In this document: positions 1 through 14,041 of the stretch, piece by piece
Layout of the letters: every line of letters begins with the position of its first letter
Position numbering within the stretch: position 1 is the stretch's first letter
DNA from: Octopus bimaculoides
Lineage: Eukaryota
Length of the DNA stretch: 64,000 nt
NCBI RefSeq assembly: GCF_001194135.2
Contig: NC_068988.1
Location: 25,554,202-25,618,201, forward strand
Direction: 5' to 3'
Program-made: the position numbers and the translations under genes
The notes under the pieces: generated by a model
Database searches by the model: none
Told to the model about the DNA's origin: nothing
What the model saw: only the letters and a program-made list of their open reading frames with translations

Positions 1-204
1 GTTCAGTTATTTCTGTTACGAGTTTTGTGGGGAGCCACCTAGAAATATTTAGTCCCAAGGACTGAATACACTACATAGTTAAGGTTCGAAAGGCTAAAGA
101 AACATATAAGAAAACAAAGACACCAGTTGGCGCGTGGATATAGTCACAAACAATACTCACCCACAACCCCAGCATGCAAGTACCCTTTCCTTGCACCATG
201 TTCA

Positions 205-290
205 TTCGAGGCTAAGGTAGACGATTCATGTTGCAGCGTGGAACTGAATCCGAAATCATGTGTTTCGGAAGTGATTTTCATAACCATAAG
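205..290 (-). mobile_element. Highly degenerate 5' (tRNA-like head) fragment of SINE family C
   Basis: gaggctaaggtagac...gcagcgtggaactgaatccgaaatcatgtgtttcggaag...taacca loosely matches the plus-strand text of the minus-strand family C head at 22680-22786. Confidence 0.45.
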
Positions 291-511
291 TATACATGTA
301 CATGTACTTACACACAAATACACACACACAACAACAATAACAACAGCACACACACACACACACACACACATACACAAATCCAAGCGTGCTCACATGTGTT
401 AATATTATCGGGCGATCTATAACAGTTGATGTGATACAAGTTGAAGCAAACTACTGTCACATGAATGTCTTCAATATACACAGCATGGCACCACAAGCTC
501 CATACATAATT

Positions 512-514
<3 letters not shown>

Positions 515-554
<40 letters not shown>

Positions 555-569
555 TCACACACACACACA
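515..569. repeat. (CA)n microsatellite
   Basis: Direct reading. Confidence 0.95.
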
Positions 570-956
570 TAAACTTTTATGTGTGTATATAATTATATAT
601 GTATTAAGAAGAATATTGCAGCAGAAAAATGAATTAGTTATTCTAACAGGCGTTTAATTTTATAGATCATCCAATATGGCAAACTGTACATGAAATAATA
701 CTTTCCATGGATCTTTTTGCAAAAAAAAAAAAAAGCTAGAAGCTTTCTGATGTACAATTCATAAAGGATAAGTACGAGAGGAATTAGTTTTATTAACTCT
801 ACTAATAGAAAATATCAAAAACATATCTGTGAATATATATATTACATCGTTGATATAATCATTACCACACATTGGAAATAAATACGTGTACGTCGCTTTG
901 ACCAAATACATTGCAATGATGGTGTGAAAGATTAACAATATCGATAATAAGTTTAC

Positions 957-1034
957 CACACGCACACACGCACACACACACACAAACACACACACACACA
1001 CAAACACACCCACACACATATATATGTGTATGTA

Positions 1035-1071
<37 letters not shown>
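957..1071. repeat. Compound (CA)-rich then (TA)n microsatellite running into N-gap 1072-1709
   Basis: Direct reading. Confidence 0.95.
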
Positions 1072-2333
1072 NNNNNNNNNNNNNNNNNNNNNNNNNNNNN
1101 NNNNNNNNNNNNNNNNNNNNNNNNNNNNNNNNNNNNNNNNNNNNNNNNNNNNNNNNNNNNNNNNNNNNNNNNNNNNNNNNNNNNNNNNNNNNNNNNNNNN
1201 NNNNNNNNNNNNNNNNNNNNNNNNNNNNNNNNNNNNNNNNNNNNNNNNNNNNNNNNNNNNNNNNNNNNNNNNNNNNNNNNNNNNNNNNNNNNNNNNNNNN
1301 NNNNNNNNNNNNNNNNNNNNNNNNNNNNNNNNNNNNNNNNNNNNNNNNNNNNNNNNNNNNNNNNNNNNNNNNNNNNNNNNNNNNNNNNNNNNNNNNNNNN
1401 NNNNNNNNNNNNNNNNNNNNNNNNNNNNNNNNNNNNNNNNNNNNNNNNNNNNNNNNNNNNNNNNNNNNNNNNNNNNNNNNNNNNNNNNNNNNNNNNNNNN
1501 NNNNNNNNNNNNNNNNNNNNNNNNNNNNNNNNNNNNNNNNNNNNNNNNNNNNNNNNNNNNNNNNNNNNNNNNNNNNNNNNNNNNNNNNNNNNNNNNNNNN
1601 NNNNNNNNNNNNNNNNNNNNNNNNNNNNNNNNNNNNNNNNNNNNNNNNNNNNNNNNNNNNNNNNNNNNNNNNNNNNNNNNNNNNNNNNNNNNNNNNNNNN
1701 NNNNNNNNNTATATATATATATATTTGTTTAGCACCGATGTATTTATACATACACATTGAAAATATATGTGTGTGTGTGTGCATATGTGTTTGTGTGTGC
1801 ATGAGTGTATTTGTGTGCATTGTGTATGTGTGTCTTCGTGTATGTACGTGTGTAGTATGTATACATACCTAGATATATATATCCCATGTATTAATACTAG
1901 ATGATATTACTAGAAGTTGTTTCAAAAATATATGTATTTCTGTGTAGACGAATACCTAGGATACTGTAGTAACCGTGGAAAGTGTTTTCGCCAACAAAAT
2001 TCAAAGTTAGCGAAAAAAGTGTGATCATAAATATTCTTTTCTTTTCTTTCTATTCATAAACACACTCAAACGCAAACACTCGCACACGCACACTCACACA
2101 CACATGTGTATGTATATAAGTGTATATATATANNNNNNNNNNNNNNNNNNNNNNNNNNNNNNNNNNNNNNNNNNNNNNNNNNNNNNNNNNNNNNNNNNNN
2201 NNNNNNNNNNNNNNNNNNNNNNNNNNNNNNNNNNNNNNNNNNNNNNNNNNNNNNNNNNNNNNNNNNNNNNNNNNNNNNNNNNNNNNNNNNNNNNNNNNNN
2301 NNNNNNNNNNNNNNNNNNNNNNNNNNNNNNNNN

Positions 2334-2364
<31 letters not shown>

Positions 2365-3815
2365 CATACATACATATATGTATACATACAGTAATACAAA
2401 CATACATATATGCATATTGATATTTGGTGTTGCCTATGTACGCCAGAACAGCGTAAATTTGATGAATTCAAATAAATTAAAATGTCATAAACCTTTACTC
2501 TGTGTTGAATAATAATAATGTAAGTGTATTCTTAGCATGCTACTCAATGAGGAAATACAGAATTACAAGGCAGATCATTTCACAGATAGTTAGCTTCTCT
2601 TTGGAGAAGCAAAGGCATCGATCAAGTACTTATTAAGCAGTCACAAATTAGGCTAGCTTCGTGGTGGACAGCCTAATTCTCACATTTTTGCATGCAATGA
2701 ATTAAACAATAACTATAGTTCACTTCTTTGATGGAATTCAACATGTTGTTAACGTGGTAAGTTCTCATGTTTCTACTACCTTGGAGTCTTTGGATCAATG
2801 TGGAAATGTAACTTCGTAGAATATTTTCTATTAGTAATTCCAGGGCTCTGATGAACGTATCGCATGTTGGGTCAATATCCAAGGAAACATACGCATTATG
2901 GTTTTATCAACATCTTCATGGTGGCAGGAGACACTCTTATATATAACCATTTTATGGTATGCCAAGTTTTTCTCTTTCAGCCTTAGCAATATTATGTTGG
3001 CATGTGAAGTCATCTGTGAACGAATACTTTTAGAAAATATAGCTATTGTGTCGTAGGGTTTTTATTCTCTTCAATTTTGAAGGCCTGGTTTTTGTATTTA
3101 CTTTTGTATTGCGCTGTTCAACAGATGCTCCGTGACCGACATCATACGACCTTCAAAGGCTTCTAGAATTTGCTAGTAAGTCATAACCGCTTCCATTACC
3201 GCTTAGTTAGACTAATGGGTATCACTACCTCTGTAGATATTTACGCTTGCTTTCCGGATGCCGCAGATTTTAACATCTGTGGAGAGTAAATTTCATCTAT
3301 AAACCATACATATATCCAAAAGACATCTCAGAAATCGTGCTGCAACATTGTATATTCTTGTAAGATAAAAGCTCTGATTGCCATAAATTACAACAGCTGC
3401 AATACTTTCTTAACCACATGCCCTCTGTTTACGGCAATTTTGTTTGATATAAAGTTATAAATAAGTAGGTAGGGTTCTTCTATACTCGTTATATTGAACA
3501 GAAGGGTGAAAACAAAACAAATATTCGAAAGGCTTCGGTGGGTTGGTAATAATTTATTTTATTCTGTGTTTCACTACGAATATTCACATATTTTTTAGAC
3601 CCAATTCATAGTGAGGAATTTTGAAACTAAATCTGGCTTGTTTCTAGTATAAATGTTAATAAAATTTATTCAAAATATTCGCATTAGCATTGTTATCTTT
3701 TGGTGTTGTAGGGCCAAAAACCATTGGATCTTTGTAAAATATATGACTGCATTTAGTGCCAAAATAACAGAAACACTGGTACGTATGTATGCATGCATGC
3801 ACGTATACACGTATG

Positions 3816-3919
<104 letters not shown>

Positions 3920-4588
3920 CATGCATGTATATATGTATATATGTATGTATCTCAATATTCAGTTATATTTCAAGATTTCTTGCCAATAGAGAAAGAGTTG
4001 GTTTCTGACCTAGATCTAAGGCTCCTTCATTGGAATATCATCATCAACAACATGGTATGTATGTATGTATGTATGTTTGTATGTGTAGAAGCATGTATAT
4101 GTAGAAGCGTGTAAGTTTATTCCAGTAGTGGCTTGTGCATACATAATACATCTGCTTGTAATTTATGTCATCCTTGAAAACCTGATGAAAGCACAAGCAA
4201 GTCTGATGTGACTCTATATTAACATTTCATACGTATTACTTTCTATTATAGACACGACATAGAGAACTAGATTAGCATTACTTGCTATTCTTGATTACTA
4301 TATAAACGACATATTGCTGTCAGAGTTTCACTTTCTATGCTATAATCAGCTGCCGTCATCACATTTACAAACAGATGTGCGCCTCTTAGAACTGTCATAT
4401 GATACTAATTGACCTATTAAATATTAAACAGAATAAAAACACGGAAGCAACTCAAAATTTACAGCTACATCACGTTGTTATACTCCAATTCTCTTTCTTC
4501 CAATTCTCATTATCAATGTTTCTTCGGAGATGCGTTCTGTTCAACACATTAGTATTATGTACACCTTGGCACAGCATATATCGAACAA

Positions 4589-4591
<3 letters not shown>

Positions 4592-4636
<45 letters not shown>
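4592..4636. repeat. (AG)n microsatellite
   Basis: Direct reading. Confidence 0.95.
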
Positions 4637-4640
<4 letters not shown>

Positions 4641-5057
4641 GACAGACAGAGGGAGAGTCATTATGCTGTTACCTAAGATACTACGAAGAACAGTCAAAAA
4701 TTGTACTCAACAAAATGAAAATTAGGAAAACCTATTCTATAGGGTATTATATCTAAAAACTAAACCCGATGAACAGCTGACTCGGGTATAAAGTGCGACA
4801 ACAGTAACATATAACCATAGTCTGCATGTGGCATGCGAATTCTGGTTCCTATTTATTTTATACCTTACTAGGTATGCTCTGCATTGCCTTAGAAAATAAA
4901 TATGGCTTACTACTGCAATACACATATAGCTGTTTGTATGTTTTGCTTGTAGAAAGATATAGAAACACACATACATTTTTTTCCATATTGTGTATAACAG
5001 CCATCTACTCATACGCACGCAGATATTTAATGCATACACAATACACACACACGCAAA

Positions 5058-5089
<32 letters not shown>

Positions 5090-7340
5090 NNNNNNNNNNN
5101 NNNNNNNNNNNNNNNNNNNNNNNNNNNNNNNNNNNNNNNNNNNNNNNNNNNNNNNNNNNNNNNNNNNNNNNNNNNNNNNNNNNNNNNNNNNNNNNNNNNN
5201 NNNNNNNNNNNNNNNNNNNNNNNNNNNNNNNNNNNNNNNNNNNNNNNNNNNNNNNNNNNNNNNNNNNNNNNNNNNNNNNNNNNNNNNNNNNNNNNNNNNN
5301 NNNNNNNNNNNNNNNNNNNNNNNNNNNNNNNNNNNNNNNNNNNNNNNNNNNNNNNNNNNNNNNNNNNNNNNNNNNNNNNNNNNNNNNNNNNTATATATAT
5401 ATATATATCATACATATATCCAAGAATAAATACACGCACATATTTGTCTGTGCGCTGCAACGTATTTTAATACGTGAATGTTTTGAATAAATGTACAATA
5501 ATCTGTTGTGCACATTTCCGATAGAGGAAGACCTTCAGTTATAACCATGTTTTTCAACACATTCAATCTCTTTACCCTTCTCTTTTTTCTGTCTTTTTCT
5601 CTTCACCCTCATCTTAATGACCACTACAGTAGCTTAAAGATAGACGTGCAGGAAACATTCTATTCTTTGTCATTCATCAGTAGCTTCTAAACGTAGATAA
5701 ATTTGATGAAAATAATATGAATACACTAAAGCTTTCCATCATATGTGATACACGAATCTCATTAAAAGATTTCACCTTCCCCCACACACATAGATTCCAA
5801 ACATCCCCCATCTCTTGATTCTCTAGCTACTTAACAAAATAATACCTACACAGAAAATGCCACTATGCTTCCCTAATGTTCCACAACTTAACGGTATCCC
5901 CCATTCAATCTAGGCGTACTACACCAAATTTGCACTGCCTTTATAAACAGACTCCACACATTCTCCTTCAGTGAAGTGATGAATTTCTTGTCTTCAAAAG
6001 CAAAATAAAACAGGAGCACCATGTATATCAAGAAGGCATCTACACACCTTGCTTTTGTTTCTTAAGCTAGGCTTCATTATCACCACTTATGCTCTGTCTT
6101 CCATAAAACTTACATCATTAATGTAACTAAATCTACAACTGAAGGATTGACCGTTCGTTTTAGATACTGAAAATACAACTGTCCATAATAAATACTAATG
6201 TTATACAAAGCTGAAGTGAGAATCCTACTCAAGATCTACCCCACATCTTGAGAGGTGCTACGCTTACAAGCATCTTAGATTATGTTCATAGAAAAGTCAC
6301 TTGCAGGTACGCTTAAGTGTTGACCTACAGATAACCTTCTCTACTTTTTCTACTGAGTGGCCAAAGTTGAAATGAAAATTTTACCGGCATTGAAAGTTCT
6401 TAGAAGCCTGTGAGAACAGCCTCTTCCTCAAAACTCAAATAATGAAAGGCTAATCCTGACGTTTTATGCAACTATAAATTTCAGATATTTTCCATGTAAT
6501 TCTGGACACTTGTAGTAATATCGTATTAAATCGATGTTCATATACGAAGCAAGCACTGAAATTTCGAAGTATATGCACTTGGCATATGATTAATAAAAGA
6601 TTCAAAATATGATAATTATTGCTGCAAACATTACGTAATTCTATGCTCTGACTCTGCGTGTAATATCTTTCACAGGATATAAAATTTATTCAAAAGATTG
6701 GCAGTAAAATAGGCTCCGTCATAAGCTCTTTATTGACTGTGAGCTTCCCGTGTTATTTGTTGCTTTTGGGGACAGTTCCTTTGTAAATTATTTACATACA
6801 ACTCAGGTAGCTTTACAATACCTTCATATCCGGCTTTTTAGATTCATATAATCCGGCTTAACATTTGTATTCATTACAAATGTTTCTATATAATTAGGAA
6901 TTATTTGTGCTGTCATCTAGATTTTAAACTTGGGAACTCTGGCGACAGCATTCAACTTCTAAGCGGTGCAGAGGTTTCTTTTATTTATTGTACGGCGTCT
7001 AAATTCGCTATTGCTTCAGGCAAATCGATTCTCTAATGTGTAGCAGCTGCATTTGTGAACAATGAAGATAAACCTGTGGCGACAGTCACAGAGAAATATA
7101 ACAGTGTTGAATCCCGAGATACGTCTTTCTTTAAATCATGATGAAAAAAGAATGGTAGAGGAATAAAACTTCCTGATTCTCGTGCTAGTCTTTTCGATAT
7201 ATTTTTCCGTTCTGACAATGATTGTGCGTCCTATGGGAAATATTAAACAATCTATTGATCTCTGTCTTTTATACTCATCACCATTTTTAACGTGAGGGTC
7301 TTACTGACGGTATTTGTTAAGAATGATTATAGATTAATGC

Positions 7341-7533
7341 GGCGAGCTGGCAGAGTCGTTAACACGGCATTTCGTCCATCTTTACAATTTGAGTTCAAAT
7401 TCCACCGTGGACGACTTTAGCTTTCATCCTTTCAGGTTCGATAAAATAAGTACCATTTGAACACTAGGGTCGATGTAATCGATATATCCCCTTTCTCGAA
7501 AATACTAGCCTTGTCCCAGACTTTCTAATCAAT
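7341..7533 (+). mobile_element. SINE family A copy (internal deletion in 5' part)
   Basis: ggcgagctggcagagtcgttaac head, gagttcaaattcc B-box-like motif, ctttcatcctttcaggttcgataaaataagtacc core, gggtcgatgtaatcga; aligns to 37332-37568 and 44754-44973. Confidence 0.85.
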
Positions 7534-7560
7534 ATGAATAGATAACGTAAGAGACTAGTG

Positions 7561-7935
7561 GAGGCTCAATGGCCCAGTGGTTAGGGCAGCAAACTCGCGG
7601 TCATAGGATCGCGGTTTCGATTCCTATACCGGGCGTTGTGAGTGTTTATTGAGCGAAAGCACCTAAAGCTCCACCAGGCTCCGGCAGGGGATGGTAGCGA
7701 ACTCTGCTGTACTCTTTCACCACAACTTTCTCTCACTCTTACTTACTGTTTCTGCTGTGCCTGCAATTCAAAGGGTCAGCATTGTCACCCTGAATATTCC
7801 CGAGAACTACGTTAAGGGTACACGTGTCTGTGGAATGCTCAGCCACTTGCACGCTAATTTCAAGAGCAGGCTGTTCCGTTGATCGGATCAACTGGAACCC
7901 TCGTCGTCGTAAGCGACGGAGTGCCAACAACAAAA
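7561..7935 (+). mobile_element. Full-length tRNA-derived SINE family B (5' module type 1)
   Basis: A-box-like tggcccagtggt (7570), B-box-like ggtttcgattcc (7613-7624); 3' half tgctcagccacttgcacgctaatttc...gttgatcggatcaactggaaccctcgtcgtcgtaagcgacggagtgcc shared with 37800, 39543, 56745; aacaacaaaa tail. Confidence 0.9.
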
Positions 7936-8952
7936 CCTCAGAGACTAGTAATCGATAATGATAATAATAAATTGAAATAAATGTATGAAATGGCAAATAG
8001 CAAAACGTTGCTGTTTTCATGAAATAAATTTTACTTACTATTATTAAATACTTAAGAAAATTATGTANNNNNNNNNNNNNNNNNNNNNNNNNNNNNNNNN
8101 NNNNNNNNNNNNNNNNNNNNNNNNNNNNNNNNNNNNNNNNNNNNNNNNNNNNNNNNNNNNNNNNNNNNNNNNNNNNNNNNNNNNNNNNNNNNNNNNNNNN
8201 NNNNNNNNNNNNNNNNNNNNNNNNNNNNNNNNNNNNNNNNNNNNNNNNNNNNNNNNNNNNNNNNNNNNNNNNNNNNNNNNNNNNNNNNNNNNNNNNNNNN
8301 NNNNNNNNNNNNNNNNNNNNNNNNNNNNNNNNNNNNNNNNNNNNNNNNNNNNNNNNNNNNNNNNNNNNNNNNNNNNNNNNNNNNNNNNNNNNNNNNNNNN
8401 NNNNNNNNNNNNNNNNNNNNNNNNNNNNNNNNNNNNNNNNNNNNNNNNNNNNNNNNNNNNNNNNNNNNNNNNNNNNNNNNNNNNNNNNNNNNNNNNNNNN
8501 NNNNNNNNNNNNNNNNNNNNNNNNNNNNNNNNNNNNNNNNNNNNNNNNNNNNNNNNNNNNNNNNNNNNNNNNNNNNNNNNNNNNNNNNNNNNNNNNNNNN
8601 NNNNNNNNNNNNNNNNNNNNNNNNNNNNNNNNNNNNNNNNNNNNNNNNNNNNNNNNNNNNNNNNNNNNNNNNNNNNNNNNNNNNNNNNNNNNNNNNNNNN
8701 NNNNNNNNNNNNNNNNNNNNNNNNNNNNNNNNNNNNNNNNNNNNNNNNNNNNNNNNNNNNNNNNNNNNNNNNNNNNNNNNNNNNNNNNNNNNNNNNNNNN
8801 NNNNNNNNNNNNNNNNNNNNNNNNNNNNNNNNNNNNNNNNNNNNNNNNNNNNNNNNNNNNNNNNNNNNNNNNNNNNNNNNNNNNNNNNNNNNNNNNNNNN
8901 NNNNNNNNNNNNNNNNNNNNNNNNNNNNNNNNNNNNNNNNNNNNNNNNNNNN

Positions 8953-9011
<59 letters not shown>

Positions 9012-9892
9012 GCCATGACAGTGTTTGTATTTCTGTTTGTATATATGTATGTTTGTATGTATCTATGCATATATCATATCGACCGAACTGAGAGAAAGAA
9101 GCTTAATTTATACACCAGGAAAATCCACTAACTACACACGCAAATCTCACTCTCTTAACAGGATTTTCTAGTAAACTCAAAGAGGCTCCCCTGCGCTTTT
9201 CAGTACGTGACTGTTGATAGAAAGAAGGTATGAGGAATTTTAAAAAAACTGAAAAGACAATGAACTATTTGTAATATACTTTTCTTTTAGTGAAGCAGTT
9301 TTATAAGTCGGGGATACTAGAGAACTGAGCAATCCATGCTTTGTATTCTAAAGAAAGTAATAAAAGTTAAGCCGTATAGAAATCGTTTCTTTGAATCATA
9401 TGACAATAATTTATAGAATCTAACGAATCCTTAGTTTCTTAGAAAATGAACACAATGAAATTAAGGAAGAATGGTTGCACAGTGACCATTATGCACACGG
9501 TTCGTAATATTAACCAGAATCCATATTTGATTAAGAGACACAGTTTAATATAGCGGAAACTGGGTAAGATGAAGCTACGCATTTTAATGTGTTCTGGTTC
9601 TAAAGACAAAAGAACTGCAACATCGTATTTGAATACTATAATTTAGTAGCAGTAAATTTGATCTTCCGACCCATGAACACGTAGTTTGCTATCTTATTTA
9701 TTCCTCAATATTTCCATTACGATGATTATTAAATACTATGCTTGTACTATGGCATAAACGAAGTTTAATATCTCTGATTTCACTTCAAAACTGTTTAACG
9801 TGTCTCGTGAATCAACAAAATTTTCTTTTATGATTTTTATACCCGCTACCTATTAAATAATTGCTACAAAATTTACACTTCAGCAAAAGTAT

Positions 9893-10118
9893 ATTTATTT
9901 CATTATCACCCATTGAGGGCTAAACATAGAGGGGACTAACAAAGACAGACAAAGGGATTAAGTCGATCACATCGACCCCAGTGTCTAACTGGTAATTATT
10001 CAATCGACCCTGAAAGGCAAAGTCGACTTTGGCAGAATTTGAACTCAGAATGTAATGGCAGACGAAATACCGCTAAACACTTCGCCCGGCGTGCTAATGA
10101 TTGCGCCAGCTTGCCGCC
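9893..10118 (-). mobile_element. SINE family A copy, full length, tail type X
   Basis: Reverse complement reads ggcggcaagctggcgcaatcattagcacgccgggcgaagtgtttagcggtatttcg...gagttcaaattc...gggtcgatgtgatcgacttaatcc-tttgtctgtctttgttagtcccctctatgtttagccc; tail matches 37505-37568. Confidence 0.9.
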
Positions 10119-11121
10119 CTACTTCAACAAAAAATATTATAAATTAACTGATTTCGATGCCTAAATATTTAACGGGATATGTTTTATTGCAGTTTTTTTT
10201 TTTTTTCAGGATAAACGTCAGTGTGTTCAATCATAAACTTCAATTAATAAATAAAGAGAATACTTTCAACCAATTTAAGCACATAATATTTTGCAATTAT
10301 GCCTATATGAAATTCAATATTCTTTTTTAAATTCAACTTATTGGTGCTTTTCTTTTTAATAATTATTCCTTATGTGTTCACAATATTAATTTTCATTCTA
10401 CNNNNNNNNNNNNNNNNNNNNNNNNNNNNNNNNNNNNNNNNNNNNNNNNNNNNNNNNNNNNNNNNNNNNNNNNNNNNNNNNNNNNNNNNNNNNNNNNNNN
10501 NNNNNNNNNNNNNNNNNNNNNNNNNNNNNNNNNNNNNNNNNNNNNNNNNNNNNNNNNNNNNNNNNNNNNNNNNNNNNNNNNNNNNNNNNNNNNNNNNNNN
10601 NNNNNNNNNNNNNNNNNNNNNNNNNNNNNNNNNNNNNNNNNNNNNNNNNNNNNNNNNNNNNNNNNNNNNNNNNNNNNNNNNNNNNNNNNNNNNNNNNNNN
10701 NNNNNNNNNNNNNNNNNNNNNNNNNNNNNNNNNNNNNNNNNNNNNNNNNNNNNNNNNNNNNNNNNNNNNNNNNNNNNNNNNNNNNNNNNNNNNNNNNNNN
10801 NNNNNNNNNNNNNNNNNNNNNNNNNNNNNNNNNNNNNNNNNNNNNNNNNNNNNNNNNNNNNNNNNNNNNNNNNNNNNNNNNNNNNNNNNNNNNNNNNNNN
10901 NNNNNNNNNNNNNNNNNNNNNNNNNNNNNNNNNNNNNNNNNNNNNNNNNNNNNNNNNNNNNNNNNNNNNNNNNNNNNNNNNNNNNNNNNNNNNNNNNNNN
11001 NNNNNNNNNNNNNNNNNNNNNNNNNNNNNNNNNNNNNNNNNNNNNNNNNNNNNNNNNNNNNNNNNNNNNNNNNNNNNNNNNNNNNNNNNNNNNNNNNNNN
11101 NNNNNNNNNNNNNNNNACATG

Positions 11122-11157
<36 letters not shown>

Positions 11158-11158
11158 G

Positions 11159-11194
<36 letters not shown>

Positions 11195-14041
11195 TTTATT
11201 TAAAGGGCATGTTTTATTTAAAGCGGATTCTTTCGTTATTTCCATTAGATCGAGTGACAGCTTGGAGCTTTCCGATGTTTCTTCAATACTAAAGTTAAAG
11301 TTGCTTATTTCCATCAAATTAACTGCTGAATACAAATCATGCGAATGTTGATTGCTCCATCTCCTCCTCACGGAATGAGTTATATGATGTAACTCATCAC
11401 TGGAAAATGTACTTAAGTACAATTTTTCTGTTTTTATTCTAATGAGAGAAGTCGTTTGTATTAAGCTGTGATAAGACACTCAGGAAATAATAGCTATTGA
11501 TCCAGATAATTTTGTTTCTACGGTTGGATGTTTTAGTATTCAGAATTGCGTTCTAACATATATCACCAAAGATTTTTCTGATTGAATTAGTGCAGTCAGG
11601 TTTATCATTTGTAAGTAAACACGAAATTGGACATGAATATACATTTTATAAATCTGTGAAGTTTGCGATTATTTTCGTCTCCAAACTATATTAAGTTAAA
11701 GTAGATTTTATAAGAAATCTACTTAGTAATGTATTTCACTGTCGACAGCTCTTTCAGCCTGCAAAACAGCGATAAGCAGACGATGCAATTGTCAAAGGAA
11801 GCTTACAATTTAAGAGTAGTTTTATCTTATCACACTCCATTCGATATGAAAATGAAATTTGGAATAGTCCAGATAGAGAAGAGTAGAAAATCTCTAAGAA
11901 ATATATAAACTCTAAACTAAATAGCTATTCATTTGACATATCTACTAATATTGATTCTTAATGAGACAGTTCCTGTTAGTAAAAGCGATTTACACGTCGC
12001 AACTGAAAATTTAGTTACCCACTTACAACATTACTGGCTGAATAAATATAGTACCGTATCTAAAATCATAATAAGTTCAATAATAACAAAAAAAAAGGTG
12101 TCGGGAAAATGGGTAAGGGGAAATTGTCTGGAATATGTTTTGTACATTCCATACTTACATAGTTATCATACAATACTTCAAGTTAAACAAATATGATATA
12201 TTGTTGTTGCTTGTTCTCTTCAAACAAATCACAGCAGAGAGGATATTTGCTTTCCAAAATAGTGCGATTGATATCAATGAAATGAGAAATTCTAAAGAAA
12301 GAAGGATATAATTTGATGTCGTTGTAGCTGATGCGGCTATTGATTGATATCTGTTTTCAATATAACAACAGTCTTAAAATAGTTGTCTCTCTTATTTACT
12401 CTTCACGTTAATTTTCTTAAGGAGTCTTCTAACATTTATGCCAGTATATGAATGAATATAAGCTGTAAGCTACTGCTGCACTGTATAGAGCATTACATAT
12501 ACACAGTATGATGTATGTATATATATATATACATGTCCATACACACACATGTATGTACATGCGTACATTTGTATGTGTGTGTTTGTACGTGTGTGTGTGT
12601 ACGGCTGTGTATTCTTATGATAAATTATAAATCTTGAATAAATACATTTTTATGGTATTTCGCTGCATGAGAATTGTTAATTCCGTATTGAATTTGATTT
12701 ACGAATACAGGGAGTGGTATTATCGGATAAAGAGGCTGCTTTCTTAAAGTGAAGGCACGGAAATTGTTAATTAAAGCTCCCATAAATTCAATCCTATGAT
12801 AGCTATAACTTCTCCAAGATTTTGTTCTGCAACTAATGATTTAGTGCGACTAATTTTTACTTTAAATATTAGATTAAAACAATTTCCTGTCTGTCTTGTG
12901 TAAAACTTATACTGACGTGTTGAAAAAGTATGTTTTCCTACTAGAGACTACATTAGTTCAGGACAATAGTATTTATAGGTTAAATTATCGTGGATAATCA
13001 AAGAAAATTTACCAAATATTTCTGCTTAGGTGAAATATATTAATGAGGCAATGATTTTTTTTTATTATCATTATGTACAGAAACAATTACCATAAGTAAT
13101 TACATCATTCATTATAAATAAACTGAAATCATATATATTTATGGGAATTAATGATAGGCTGGGTATATTCCTATAGTTTGTACAATAGCTATAGTGAATC
13201 TAACACGTTATACTAACTGTTTTTTTAATATATGAAAAATAACCAGTCGAGTTAACGTGTGATACAAGGTGCATTCATTCATCGTTAACATCTAAATCTC
13301 CTCCAAAGCATTTACTACATTCTAACAAAAGAACTGCCATGTTACATAATATAATCCTAGGTATAGTATGCCTGAGGACAATTTGCAGCACCGTTTACCT
13401 TATCAATGATTAATCACGTCTTACGTATTTTTGTTATGCCCTGCAACTGTTTTTTATTCATTTCAGAATTGTTTTATTGCAGGAAAAATCCCATGGGCAA
13501 CAGCAATGTTACATTACGTATGCCATTCATATATTGACTGAAAAATATAGATACATCGAGGCAGCAATGGTAGTGAAGATAATTTCTTTTCGTAATTTGA
13601 TTCCATTACTTGACTAAAGTACAGCGCAAAGTTTATCAGTTGTTCCACAGAAATTGAAGATGGCTTTAATCGACTGACCTAATTGTTGGATTCTCATGTA
13701 TCTAGAGAATTTAATTTTTATGTATGTCGTATTACTTCATACAAAATCTATGACTACCTAAATGTTTTCTTAGCAGACTTTACTGTCCACCATTTATCAC
13801 CAAATGTTTTGTGAGTACTGTATCATACAGATCTACATTATTCGACATCAAGCCAATCATTTAATGAATAATGTAATGTAGGTTTAAACAGCAACATGAC
13901 ACAAAATTTATAAAGATTTCTTCAACATAAACCCAACATCTGCAAACTGCAGAGAAAGTGAAGGTGGCGTCGATTCTGTAGATATGTGGGAATTAAATAA
14001 ATGCTTCATATTAGAGAGGCATGACCCATACTATAAAATGC

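Noticed and set aside
5550-6100. Possible ancient L1/Tx1-like LINE 3' remnant on the minus strand (CVWGK..., KMRVKR...KRRV)
   Set aside because: Only vague resemblance, with multiple stops and frameshifts; not supportable without a profile search.
7033-7218. 61-aa minus ORF MSERKNISKR...
   Set aside because: Non-ATG start, no recognisable motif, no convincing splice context.
7561-7630. tRNA-like heads of SINE B and C (also 22715-22786, 37800-37855, 61626-61695) as tRNA genes
   Set aside because: They continue into SINE bodies and lack a complete acceptor stem; they are SINE promoters, not tRNA genes.
13290-13385. Possible remnant of a fourth repeat family (loosely similar to the reverse complement of 46770-46900)
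   Set aside because: Similarity is too low to define boundaries or a family from the window alone.
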